A stretch of DNA of 64,000 nucleotides from Vicugna vicugna (Eukaryota): the NCBI GenBank assembly GCA_013265495.1, contig MU058198.1, positions 2,616,419 to 2,680,418 of the forward strand, written 5' to 3'. Shown here one piece after another: positions 38,133-49,360 of the stretch. The notes below the pieces were generated by a model. That model was not told the DNA's origin. It saw only the letters and a list, made by a program, of their open reading frames with translations, and did not search any database. Made by a program: the position numbers and the translations under genes. The first letter of the stretch is position 1. Every line of letters starts with the position of its first letter.

Positions 38133-38316
38133 AAGCGGAGGTCGACAAACTCTCTCGGTAAAGGGCCGAATAGTCAATGTTGTCAGTTTTGTGGGCCCAA
38201 TATGTCCATTGCAACTGCTTGTTTCTACTGTTGTCGCCTGAAAGCAGCCACTGACAATAGGTACCCAACTGAATGTGGCTAGACCTGGCCTGTAGACTTT
38301 GTTTGCTGGCACCTGA
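38133..38316 (+). mobile_element. MER58A-like hAT element
   Basis: ggtcgacaaact...gtaaagggccgaatagtcaatgtt...gtgggcc. Confidence 0.7.
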
Positions 38317-38452
38317 CTGAAAGAAAATTTTTCTTGAAACAAGAATTCAGGGAGTGAGTGGATATAGTAAAAATCATAAAGCTGGAATGTAAATGCCTTC
38401 CAACTGAGATACTTCAGTTTAAGCCTCCACTTTGTTCAATATGTGTTCTTTT

Positions 38453-38692
38453 AATCTCAAACTCCTAATCTAACAGAGACACACTATTATATATAAAACA
38501 GATAAACAACAAGGACCTACTGTACGGCACAGGAAACTATAATCAGTTTCTTGTAATGAGCCATAATGGAAAAGAAACTGAAAAAAAGTATGTATATTTA
38601 TATATAACTGAATCGCTTTGCTGTGCACCTGAAACTAACACTGTAAATTGGCTACACTGCAATAAAAAAGAAGAATTAAAAATTAAAAAAAT
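38453..38692 (+). mobile_element. Short L1 3' end with 5' inversion
   Basis: Inverted segment aatctcaaactcctaatc followed by a forward L1 3' UTR; TSD tgttctttt at 38444-38452 / 38693-38701. Confidence 0.8.
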
Positions 38693-38913
38693 TGTTCTTT
38701 TCTACAATTACTCTGGACATTTAGAATGCTGGGAATATACATCCCCTTTCTTTAAGGAGCTTTGCCTACACAGAGAGACAGACAAAAAGCCAATTACAGT
38801 AGGCTGTGAGAGTCACTGCAGAAGTGCCTACCAGATGTGTGTGTGTGCGAGCGTGTGTGTGCATAGGAGGAGGAAGAAGGGCTGTGTTGGTCCTGAAGAA
38901 ACTGCCATTTCTC

Positions 38914-39560
38914 AGATACATTCACTCCAACGTTCATAGCAGCACTATATACAATAACCAAGACATGGAAACAACCTAAATGTTCATTGATAGATGACTT
39001 GATAAAGAAGCTGGAGTGTGTATATGTGTGTGTGTATATTTGTGTTTGTATTTGTGTGAATACACACACACACACACACACAATGGAATACTACTCAGCC
39101 ATAAAAAGAATAAAATAATGCCATTTGCAGCAACATAGATGGACCTGGAGATTGTCATTCTAAGTGAAGTAAGCCAGAAAGAGAAAGACAAATGCCATGT
39201 GATATCACTTATATGTGGAATCTAAAAAAAGAAAAAAAGAAGACACTAACGAACTTATCTACAAAACAGAAACAGACTCATAGACATAGTAAAAAAATCT
39301 TATGGTTACCGTGGGAGAGGGGGTGTGAAGGGATAAATAATGGAGTCTGAGATTTGTGAATATGAACTAGTATATATAAAATAGATAAACAAGAAGTTTC
39401 TTCTATATAGCATGGGGAAAACTATGCAATATCCTGTAGTAACCTATAATGAAAAAATATGAAAGTGAATATGTGTATGTATATGTATGATTGAAACATT
39501 TTGCAGTACACCAGAAGTAACTGACACATTGTAAACTGACTATACTTCGATTAAATAAAA
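38914..39560 (+). mobile_element. 5'-truncated L1 with TSD and internal (TG)/(CA) repeats
   Basis: TSD aagaaactgccatttctc (38896-38913) / aagaaactgccctttctc (39561-39578). Confidence 0.92.
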
Positions 39561-39629
39561 AAGAAACTGCCCTTTCTCCCCTTCCCCAGACTATTCACTT
39601 GTATATTATTATATGTTTTATGTCAGCCT

Positions 39630-39770
39630 TTGCCCGTTTCATAGATGAGGAAACTGAGGTTTAGAGAGGTTAAAGAATTGCTGAAGGTCATAGAGCTGGT
39701 AAGGGGAGGGAGTGGGTTTGAACCAGACAGTCTGACTCCAGGACCCATGTGGTTAACCACAGTGCTACCC
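39630..39770 (-). mobile_element. MIR SINE
   Basis: atagatgaggaaactgaggtttagagaggttaa...aaggtcatagagctggtaag. Confidence 0.85.
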
Positions 39771-40206
39771 AGGCCCCAGTTGCCTTGACTAAGGAATTAA
39801 TCTCTCCCCTCGGGATGCTGCAGTATAACAGAAACCACCTTTGGAAAGGTGTCAACCTACCCAAATGCCCTCAGTGCCCTCCTGCATCGAGGTGACTCAG
39901 GCAACGTGGACAGGAGAACTGGGTCTCTTCACCTGCACCAGAGATGGACACAGGACTTAACAACCAGAAGTTCCAGGTTCTTGTGAAGAAGGGAGGCACC
40001 AGTCTATCCATTTGTCAGCTGTTACTCAATACAATGAGGGATGCACGCCTGCTTATAGGACAAAGCAACCACAGCGATAATAATAATAATTAGTAATGAC
40101 AATGATGCTGCACCTCTGTGTGACTTGCTAGACGTTAGACACTTTGCTAAGCACTTTGCGTGGATTGCATGTATAATTAATGGATCCTCATAACACTTTG
40201 AGGAGG

Positions 40207-40649
40207 CGTGTTAGCTTCCTGTGACTGCTGAAACAAATTTCCTCAAATTGGGTGGCTTAAAACAACAGATACTTGTTCTCTCATAGTTCTGGAGGTTAGA
40301 AGTCTGAAATCAAGGCATCAGCTGGACGTTCCCTCTGAAGTCTCTGGGGGAGAATCCTCTCTTGTCTCTTACATCTTCTGGTGGTTGTCCTTTTTTCTTG
40401 GCTTATAGTGGCATCACACGAATTTCTGCCTCTATCATCACATGGCATTCTTCCCCGTGAGTCTGTCTCCATGGCTCTAAATCTCTCTCTCTCATGAGGA
40501 CACCAGTCATTGCATTTAAGGGCCACCCTAATTGAGCAGGACCTCATCTTAATCACATCTGCAATGGCCCTATTTCCAAATTAGGTCATATTCACAGGAA
40601 CTAGGGGTTAGAGCTTCAACTTTTGGAGGATACAGTTCAACCCACAACA
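40207..40649 (-). mobile_element. MLT1C-like LTR inserted in a MIR (MIR halves at ~40080-40206 and ~40650-40790)
   Basis: gtgttagcttcctgtgactgctgaaacaaat...ggtggcttaaaacaacag...gttcaacccacaaca. Confidence 0.85.
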
Positions 40650-41499
40650 GCGAGGTACTATTATTTCTCTATTTCTCAATACAAGGATCCAAGGTACTGA
40701 GAGGTTAAGAACCTCCCCAAGGTCACACAGCCTTATTGGCGGAGGCAGGACTTGAACTCAGGTATTCCAGGAGATTGTGCTCAGAACCAGTGTCAACAAC
40801 TGCTTTACCTACAGAGCTGCCTAACCTGGCACTTCAGACACGTGACTCTCCCGCAGCATCCGGTGACAACAAATACACACTGAATTCGCCGAGTGTGTGT
40901 GTCTGAAGCCCTGTGACTTCATCCGGGTGGCTCCCGGGGACAGGTGAAGGGCTTGGCTGTTCCAAGGGCTTCTTGTTTATCTCAACAGGGAATCAGGCTC
41001 CCAGTGTGGCTGGGTGGGCACATGACCAACTCCTGCTGCCACCTGGGTAATTGGTTTTCTGTGTTCACTTCAATAATGAACGATATTAAAGGAGGCTGGT
41101 GATGCAGTGGAGATACAAGCATTGTGGAAGGAACAAAGAGTTTCTAATGTGTTGAGTCGCGGTTCTGGTGAAGATGAAGGACATGATAATCGAGTATTAA
41201 AACAGAAGCGATTATGCGGCGGCCGTCACACCATCCATCATCACTCTCCGCCGGGGCTGGTGGCAGAGCCCGAGTCTGCCGAGATCCAGGTATTATCTCC
41301 GCTGTTTATTTACATCTCAAATCAGGTTGTACTGACAGGAGTGAGAGGAATTCCTGGGAAGAACTGTAACTACATGATATATTTCCTGCAGAAAGTGCAA
41401 ACACAATACAGGCTATCTGGTTAAATACATCATCCCAGAAACGATCCAACTGCTGAATGCTCAAGTCTGCACTTTATATTACTTGCCATGAGACCATTA

Positions 41500-42325
41500 C
41501 AGTGGTTCCCCCTTGGCTGCACTGGGTATGTCCCAAGACCCTCCGTGGATGCCTGAAACCTCAGGTATATACCTGAGGTACCAAACCCTGTTATTTCCTA
41601 TACATGCATACACGTCTATGATAGAGTTTAATTTATAAATTAGGCACAGTAAGAGATTAATGACAATAGCTAATAATAGAATAAAACAGTTATAGCAGTA
41701 TACGGTAATGAAAAGTATGTGAATGTGCTCTTTCTTTCAAAATATCTTAACGTACAAATTAAGTGCCTTTTTCATCTTAACTAAGCATTTATCATGGGCT
41801 GTGGCTGTAACTTTTGCAGTTTGAGGTGCGACAGCAAAACTGGCAGGATTTCTTTCCCCTTCTCACCATTTCTTGCAGAGAAGATTTGTTCTTATCGTAG
41901 ATCTTAGCAAACTCAATATATGATTTTCCCCCCTTCCTTTTAAAGCCAAGATCTTTCACATTTTCACTTAAAGGAAGCACTTTACGGTTTCTCTCTGGCT
42001 TGTCTGAATTGCCAGCATCACTACTCTTGTACTTTGGGGCCATTATTAAGTAAAATAAGGGTTACTGGAAAGCCAGCACTGGGCTACCAAGACAGGCAAC
42101 CTGATACCCAGGTGACTACATGGGTGGGACACGTTGGACAAAGGGATGTTTCACTGGACGGAGCGGGAAGGCATGAGATTTCATCATGCTACTTAGAACA
42201 GCCCACAATTTCAAATGTATGAATTGCTTATCTTTGGCATTTTCTATTTAATATTTTTGGACTTTGGTTGATCGCCAGTAACCGATACTGCAGAAAGTGA
42301 ACCTACAGATATGCCAGGCCAACAG
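41500..42325 (-). mobile_element. MER44/Tigger7-type DNA transposon with transposase N-terminal remnant
   Basis: TA|cagtggttcccc start; minus-strand peptide MAPKYKSSDAGNSDKPERNRKVLPLSENVK...KSYIEFAKIYDKNKSS. Confidence 0.85.
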
Positions 42326-42953
42326 TATATACCTCTGAGTCCACCAGCCTCCCTGGTGGTCCTTCTGACTGCTCTGCACGGCCTCCCCTCCCGCACCCCA
42401 GTAATGGCGATGTTCCCAGGTCCGTGCTCCACACGGCATCCTTCTCTCCACACCTGCCTGGACAACCTCATCTTCTTTGTGGCTTGGACTCCTGGCTGGC
42501 TGTCCTGATGACTCCTGACTGTACCTTCCCAGGTGCCTGACACTTGTTCTTCCCTTCTCAGTTCCTTACAATCTTTATGAACAGGGGCTACATCTTCATA
42601 GTTAAGATCCAGATGATAGAAACAGAGCCAGTATCAATTCTCCCTCCCTTCTTGGTCTTGCATCTTCTCCTTGTAGGAGATCATTGCTGGTCTCTCAGGA
42701 CTCCTTCCAGAGGTACACATGCACCAGAAAAGATAAACGGTCCATTTTCCTCATTTTCCCTTCAGATGTACCATGTTATGCACATATTCTGCATTTTTGC
42801 TTTTTTCGCTTTTGATCTGTCCATGACAGTATTTAGAGGATGTCTTCATTCTTTTTTTTCATTTACAATTGCAGTGTTCTGTTGTTTGACTTCCTATAAG
42901 TTATTTAACCAGTCATTTGCCGGTGGACATTTGAGTCGTTTCCAGTTACTTGA

Positions 42954-43480
42954 TGTGATGCTTAATTTCGTGTGTCGACTGGGCCACAAGGTGCCAAATA
43001 TTTGGTTAAACACGATTTCTGGATGTGTCTGGAGGGTGTTTCTGGATCAGATTAGCATTTGAATTAATAGACTGAGTAATACACTTTGCCCTCCCCAGTG
43101 TGGGCGGGCCTCAGCCAATTCCCTGGAGGCCTGAAGAGAATGAAAGGCTGAATAAGAAAGGATTTTCAGTGCAGAGGATATAGCTCAGTGGTAGAGCATA
43201 TTCTTAGCATTCACAAAGTCCTGCGTTCAATCCTCACTATCTCTATTAAAAAATAAGGCAATCTAATTACTCCAAAAAAAAAAGGAATTTAAAAAAAATG
43301 TGCAAAATCAATAAGACAGCTAGAAACAAAAGTTAAAAAAAAAAAGGAAGAATTCTCTCTCAGCCTGATGTTTGAGTGGTCTCCTTCTGCATTTAGACTC
43401 AGACTGGAACCATGACATTGCCTCTCCTGGGTCTGGGCTGAGCTTCCATTGTGTAAGCCGATTCCTCATAATCTCTCTCG
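42954..43480 (+). mobile_element. MLT2 (ERVL) LTR, interrupted by a SINE and an L1
   Basis: tgtgatgcttaatttcgtgtgtcgact...agattagcatttgaatt..tagactgagtaa. Confidence 0.8.
43169..43345 (+). mobile_element. Vic-1-like camelid tRNA-Ala-derived SINE
   Basis: tatagctcagtggtagagc (A box)...gttcaatcc (B box)...aatctaattactcc, then an A-rich tail. Confidence 0.8.
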
Positions 43481-43489
43481 ATAAATGTG

Positions 43490-43952
43490 CCTTTTTTAAA
43501 TTTGAGGTACAGTCAGTTTACAATGTTGTGTCAATTTCTGGTGTACAGCATAATAGTTCAGTCATACAAATACATACACATATTCGTTTTCATATTCTTT
43601 TTCATTATGGATTACTGTAAGATATTGACTATAGTTCCCTGTGCTATACGATATAAACTTATTTCCCTATTTTATATACAGTAGTTAGTATCTCCAAATC
43701 TCGAACTCCCAATTTGTCTCTCCCCACCCACCTCACTGCTGATAGCCATAGGTTTGTTTTCTATGTCTGTGAGTCTGTTTCTGTTTTGTAAATAAGTTCA
43801 TTTGCCTTTTCTTTAGATTCCACATATGAGTGATATCATATGGTATTTTTCTTTCTCTTTCTGGCTTCACTTAGAATCACAGTCTCCAGGTCCGTCCATG
43901 TTGCTGCAAATGGCATTATTTTATTCTTTTTTATGGCTGAGTAGTATTCCAC

Positions 43953-43985
<33 letters not shown>

Positions 43986-44178
43986 TTATACACCACAACT
44001 TCTTTATCCAGTCACCTGTTAATGGACATTTAGGTTGTTTCCATGTCTTGGCTATAGTATATAGAGCTGCTGTGAACATTGTGGTGCATGTATCTTTTTG
44101 AATTACAGTTCCCTCTGGATATATATGCCCAGGAATGGGATTGCTGGATCATAGGGTAAGTCTATTTCTAGTTTTTTG
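43490..44178 (-). mobile_element. 5'-truncated L1 with (TG)n
   Basis: L1 3' end; imperfect TSD tctctcgataaatgtg / tctctcaataactatg. Confidence 0.9.
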
Positions 44179-44517
44179 TCTCTCAATAACTATGGAGAGA
44201 TAAAAAGATACAGATATGTGTCCCAAAGGGAATCTCTCAACACATGCCCTTCTAGCACCTCTGACAGGTAAGGAGGAATCCAGAGAGAGAGAGTGAGGTC
44301 GGGGGTGTGTGAAGACTTCTACCCAAGCAGAGCAACAGTGCTCCCTTAGGGAGAAGAACGTGCCCAAGATGGAGAAGGAGGAGAGCGAGCTAGGGGAGGA
44401 AGGGGTAACCGCTGACAAAGCCTCTTGATGTCAAGAACTATCGTGATCTTGACTGATTTCTCCTGGATTCTAGGAGGTGGAACCTGTGCATATTAGAGGG
44501 TACAAGTCTTGACCCAC

Positions 44518-44888
44518 TGTTATAACCTGAATTGTGTCCCCTTAAAATTCATATGTTGAAGGCCTAACCTAATGTGACTGCAGGTGCAGGTAGGGCCTCT
44601 AGGGGTTAAATGAGATTGTAAGGACGGAGCCCTGACCTGATAGAACTGATGTCCTTAGAGGAAGAGACACCAGGGAGCGCTTTCTCTCCATACACACAGA
44701 GGAGGGGCCACACGAGGACACAGCGAGGGGCAGCTGTCTGCAAGGCAGGAAGAGAGTCCTCCCCAGAAACCGACCCTGGCACCTTGGCCTTGGACTTCTA
44801 ACTTCTAGAACCATGAGAAAATAAATGTTTGCTGTTTAAGCCACACGCTCTATGGTATTTTGTTATTGAGCCTGAGCAGACTAATGTA
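44518..44888 (+). mobile_element. MLT1A/B LTR
   Basis: ctgaattgtgtccccttaaaattcatatgttgaaggcctaacc...gcctgagcagactaat. Confidence 0.85.
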
Positions 44889-45007
44889 TCACATTGTTTT
44901 AAGCTAACTTTAGTTCTATGAGTAAGAAATACTGCCATTCTCCTTGTGAAAAAAAATTAAACTGTCAAGAATCTTTAAGCAACACCTCCCATCTTGGTTT
45001 CCTAGAC

Positions 45008-45231
45008 CAGGAACTGGCAATCTACGGCCCACAGGCCCAATCTGGCTCACTTGCTGTTTTTGAAACAAAGTGTTATTGGAACACAGCTCATTTATTTGTA
45101 TATTGTCTGTGGCTGCATTTGGACCCCCTTTAGACGAGCTGATTAGTCACAACAGAGAACATAAGACAGAGAAGATAAGCCTAAAATATTAACTATCTGG
45201 CCCTTTGCAAAGGAATATTGCTGACCACTGC
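45008..45231 (-). mobile_element. MER58A-like hAT element
   Basis: ggcaatctacggcccacaggcc...aaaatattaactatctggccctttgc. Confidence 0.75.
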
Positions 45232-45837
45232 TCTAGACCATGTCCAGAAATAAGCATCACGACCAGTTGGTGTGAATTATTTCAGCTTATATAGCACTGT
45301 ATTATTTGGTGTGTATGTTAGTTATGGCAATGATATCATCTCTTTCTGTACCATTTTTTTTCAAACAACAATGAGTCTTGGAGATTTTTCCATGTTGGTA
45401 GACATAGATCTACTTCGTTGTTTTAACGGCTGCATAATATTCCAAAGTATCAACACCCTGCAGTTTATTCCGTGATTTTTATTAATGGACATTCTGGTTG
45501 TTTCCAGTTTTTTCCACAGTAAACAACACTACAACAAATATATCTACCTCCTTAAACACATGTTTGAGTATTCTCTGTGACTGATATGAAGACTGGGATT
45601 GCTGGGCCATAAGGCAGGTACATTTTAAAATCTAGTCCTATTTTTTTGAATAGGATGTGCATTTGCATGATTCAGAAATGAAAAGTGATTTACAAGATAT
45701 ACATTGCAGAGGCTCACCTCTCCCTCTTTTTAAATCTATTTCACTATCTCCCAACCCTACAGTTATTAGTTTCCTATACATCCTTTTAGGATTTCTTTAT
45801 GAAAACAAAACAAAGAAGAATATATATTCCTAGTTCC

Positions 45838-45847
45838 TCTTTCTTTT

Positions 45848-45923
<76 letters not shown>

Positions 45924-46017
45924 TTCTTTCTTTCTTTCTTTCTTTTCTTTCTTTCTTTTTCTTTCTTTCCTCTCTTTCTCTCTTTCTCTCTCTCTCTCTT
46001 TCTTTCTCTTTCTTTCT
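45838..46017. repeat. (TTTC)n/(TC)n polypyrimidine microsatellite
   Basis: Read directly from the sequence. Confidence 0.97.
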
Positions 46018-46349
46018 TACCCAAAAGATAGCATACTATATATATTATTCTTTATTTCACTATTTTTTCACTTAATAGTATATTCTAGAGCTCTCCTCAT
46101 GACTAAATCTCATGTAAATGTATAGCGTGTGTACTCATGCCTTTTCTTAAACATAAGTTTGGTTCTTGTAATATTCCTTTTCGTTGATGCACCCTAGTTT
46201 ATTTATCTAGCCTACCTTTCTTTTTCTATTACAATAAGATATGCATATTTCAAATGTCCATAGAGATAGCTGTGTTGCCCTTTAAAGGAGCTGTGCAGTT
46301 GGCAGTGCCCACCTGGGTGCATTTTTAAGGGCCCAACACAGAGCAGACA

Positions 46350-46760
46350 GTTGCTTGTACCCTATGCTCCAGCAGTTCCCAGAACACGACACGTTTTGTC
46401 TTCTGTCCTTGCTATTCTCTTTGTTGGAACCTCCCTTTCTACACCTTGTCTGTCTAGCCGACTCTGAAGTCTTCCTCTAAGTACTACCTTGAAAATCTGT
46501 GAAGCTGTCCACCCCAGCGGTAGAGTTGATCCTTCCCTCCCTGTATGACCACGGACACTTGCCCACACCTCTGCTTTTGCACCTCTGGTGTTGTTCATTT
46601 TCTTTCTTTCCCAATCTTGTCTCCTTTTCCTTCATGGTGCTCTCCTTGAAGGACGAGACCACATCTTCATTCATCTTTTATTCCTAAAGACTAAGATGCT
46701 GCTTGTTGTGGAATAGCTGCTCAATAAAAGTTGGCTGAATGAATAAATTAACAAATAAAT
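46350..46760 (+). mobile_element. L2 3' fragment
   Basis: ctccttgaaggacgagacc...gctcaataaaagttggctgaatgaat. Confidence 0.7.
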
Positions 46761-48024
46761 GATCGCTAAAAACAGATATGAACCCACAAAATTGAATTTG
46801 GACAATGACTCCAGGCGTGTGTTTATCCACTAGTCTGCCAGTCATGCAGATGAGTTTATCCGTGTCCGCTGATGGAATTTTGACATAATTTGCATGCTGG
46901 AGCGGGAGGCTGCCTGTTCACAGAGGATTCTTCTAGGCATTTGTCATTCATTATACAACATAAGCTTGCATTGGAGTTTGTGCAGCACAGCATCAGCCAA
47001 TTAGAGGAGATTGCAGCCTTAGAAACAAACATCTGCTTGTGCTGGGTAAATAATAGTTAGAGTCTGGTGTTTTATGACTATGTGATTAATCTGAATCTCA
47101 TATAATTTAGTATTTGTCTATGTGGGAATCTCAGAGATCATGCCCATAACCCAAATTACAGCTGCAGAAAAACATATTTGGGATTTCCCACCACTGCCTC
47201 AGGTACTAGGAGATCATTTCTGGTTCGGGTGATACCTGAGACTAGGGGTAAGAGTTTGGTTCATTGGTAACAAACGTACACAAATGATACTAGAGAGGGA
47301 CACCTGTCTCCAAATTCTATCCTGGATAACCCTCCTGTAGACCAATCATGGAGTACCGCGGAAATGTGAATGCATTCCATGGGCCTTTTGATGATCAGTT
47401 CTCCTTTTTCCAGGGAGAAGGGGGTTAAAAGAAATACAGTAAGGAAACTACCATCCATCAATTCCTTTTCTATGGCAGGTTCTTTTCCAGATGCTTTTCT
47501 TATCTTTTCCCCATTTGCAACTCATAACAATATGGGTCAGGATTACCAATTTTACAAATGAACAAACTGAGTTGGAGGGGCTTGTCCTGGGCTCCCAGCT
47601 AGCAGGTGGCTGTACTGGGGAGTCAAAGCTGATCTACCAAAATCCATGCTTCTCCCAGGAGACAGCCCTGCTTTCCCGGAGGATGCGGCCAGTGGAATTC
47701 CACGGAGCCACTGGCTGCGACATAGCTGTGATGCTTTGCAGATAGTGCTGGGCAGATTGGCTGTGAACGCTTCCTGCCTTGCTTCCAAATGACATAATCA
47801 GATGCATTGGCATCTTTGGCGATGAAATTCTGAAGAACATCATCCAAGTGCTTTGTGTGGAAAGACAAGGGCCCTGGTGAAAAGCCAGCTACTGGTGGAC
47901 TTGAGCGTATAGCAAATGATAGTCAAGTGGTCAAGAATGCAGAATATTTGCTAATGTAATACAATAATACTGCCTAGCTCCGTAACCACAGAATTGGAAA
48001 AAAAAGCAACTAGGCCACTGGTTT

Positions 48025-48160
48025 TTAACAGAATCATCTATGGAGCTTTGAAAAATAAGCATGTCTGGTCACCACCCACAGATATTCTGATGCCAGGGGT
48101 ATTTTAAACCAGCTTTTCATGCTATTCTGATGCTCAGCCAGATTTTGGAATCTATGATCT
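48025..48160. mobile_element. MER5-like hAT fragment
   Basis: agaatcatctatggagctttgaaaaata...attctgatgctcagccag. Confidence 0.6.
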
Positions 48161-48948
48161 AGTCAAATGGATCATTTGAGTCATCAGACCTTGAATAAGG
48201 ATTGCTTTCTTTGGATACATCTTTCCTTTATCACATTAAGTCAATCTCTCTCTGCGTCTCTTTCATATATATTTTTTTTTCCAGCAGTCAGAAATTCTTA
48301 AAAGCTTTTTGCCACTAAACCATCTGCTGGCGAAATCTCCCACTAGGTTTCAAATGCCAAACTGTTCCCAGTAGCAATTTTCTTTATTATTTTGGGGAAA
48401 AGAATGAATTATATTTCTTCCCTCTGAACAAAAACACTTTAAATATAAACATATTCATTATGGACCAGTAGAAGTTGCTTACATTTTTAAAAGAAATAGC
48501 TTTATTAGACACGCGCTTTGTGGGTTTACTTCGGGCTTCCCTCATGGGTTTGATTCTTGCCTTGAGGACAGGAAGTGTGGATGATTCCAGGGCCAGGGTG
48601 CTCTGGCCAGCAGTGGTGATGGACAGAATAGAGACCAATTTGGCTCAACGAATTACAGGATGTTCTATTGAGTTCCTGGTGCCCACAAGCCTTAGGGAAG
48701 TAGGCCATATAATGCTAGAAGCCTGGTTTGAGGGTGTATGTGGATTTTATCCTTGTCACGTTGTGTAATCCCTTTCTGATTCAAAGCCTTCCCTCTTTAC
48801 TATAGACACCACATCCTGGGACAGGTAAGTGGAGTGTTATAAAAAATCTTGGGAAAAATAAACCAGAAAATGCTTCCATTGTATCAATTTAGAGATGATT
48901 TTCCTTAAGAGTCTCATTCAATGATCTTCTAAGACTTTGAAATCCATT

Positions 48949-49360
48949 TGTTATGGCAGATGGCCAGTTATCCACCCAAACCTTGTGGTCCCCTTTCTAT
49001 AGTAAGAAGTCTTACTGGGAGGCAACATCCCATCCAGGGACCACATGACCCTGCTCCTCTTGCCTCAGTGTGTGGCCATCTGATTAGTCCTGACCAATGG
49101 AAAGTGAGCAGAAGTGATGGGTGTCACTTTTTGAAAAAAGAAGTGGATGCTTTTTCCACTTCTCTTTTTCTACCAACTGAGTGCAGATAATTCCAGTCTT
49201 AGGGGAAAGTGGAATCATAATATGGAAAGAGAAAGGAGACCTGAATCACTGCATGGAAGAAAGTTGTCTGCTGACCCACTGGGCTTTCAAGTGAATAAGA
49301 AACAAGTTCTCACTCTGCTGAGCTATGGGTGTTTGAGATTTGCTCATTAACTGTACACTG
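48949..49360 (+). mobile_element. MLT1 (J-like) LTR
   Basis: tggccatctgattagtcctgaccaatggaaagtgagcagaagtgatgggtgtcact. Confidence 0.65.

Noticed and set aside
41792..42043. ORF resembling a TIGD/CENP-B-type N-terminus
   Set aside because: Frameshifted fragment inside a MER44/Tigger7 element, not a domesticated gene.
42544..43062. Longest ORF (172 aa)
   Set aside because: Runs through old antisense L1 and MLT2 sequence; a chance ORF with a non-ATG start.
43171..43245. tRNA-like sequence (also 53310-53380, minus strand)
   Set aside because: Degenerate stems and A-rich tails; these are SINE heads, not functional tRNA genes.
45799..46125. ORFs rich in F/L/S or K/E/R
   Set aside because: Translation artefacts of the (TTTC)n microsatellite.
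47596..47610. CTCF-like motif CTAGCAGGTGGCTG (similar partial matches at ~6150, ~9295 and ~41035)
   Set aside because: Mismatches at informative positions; matches of this quality are expected by chance in 64 kb.
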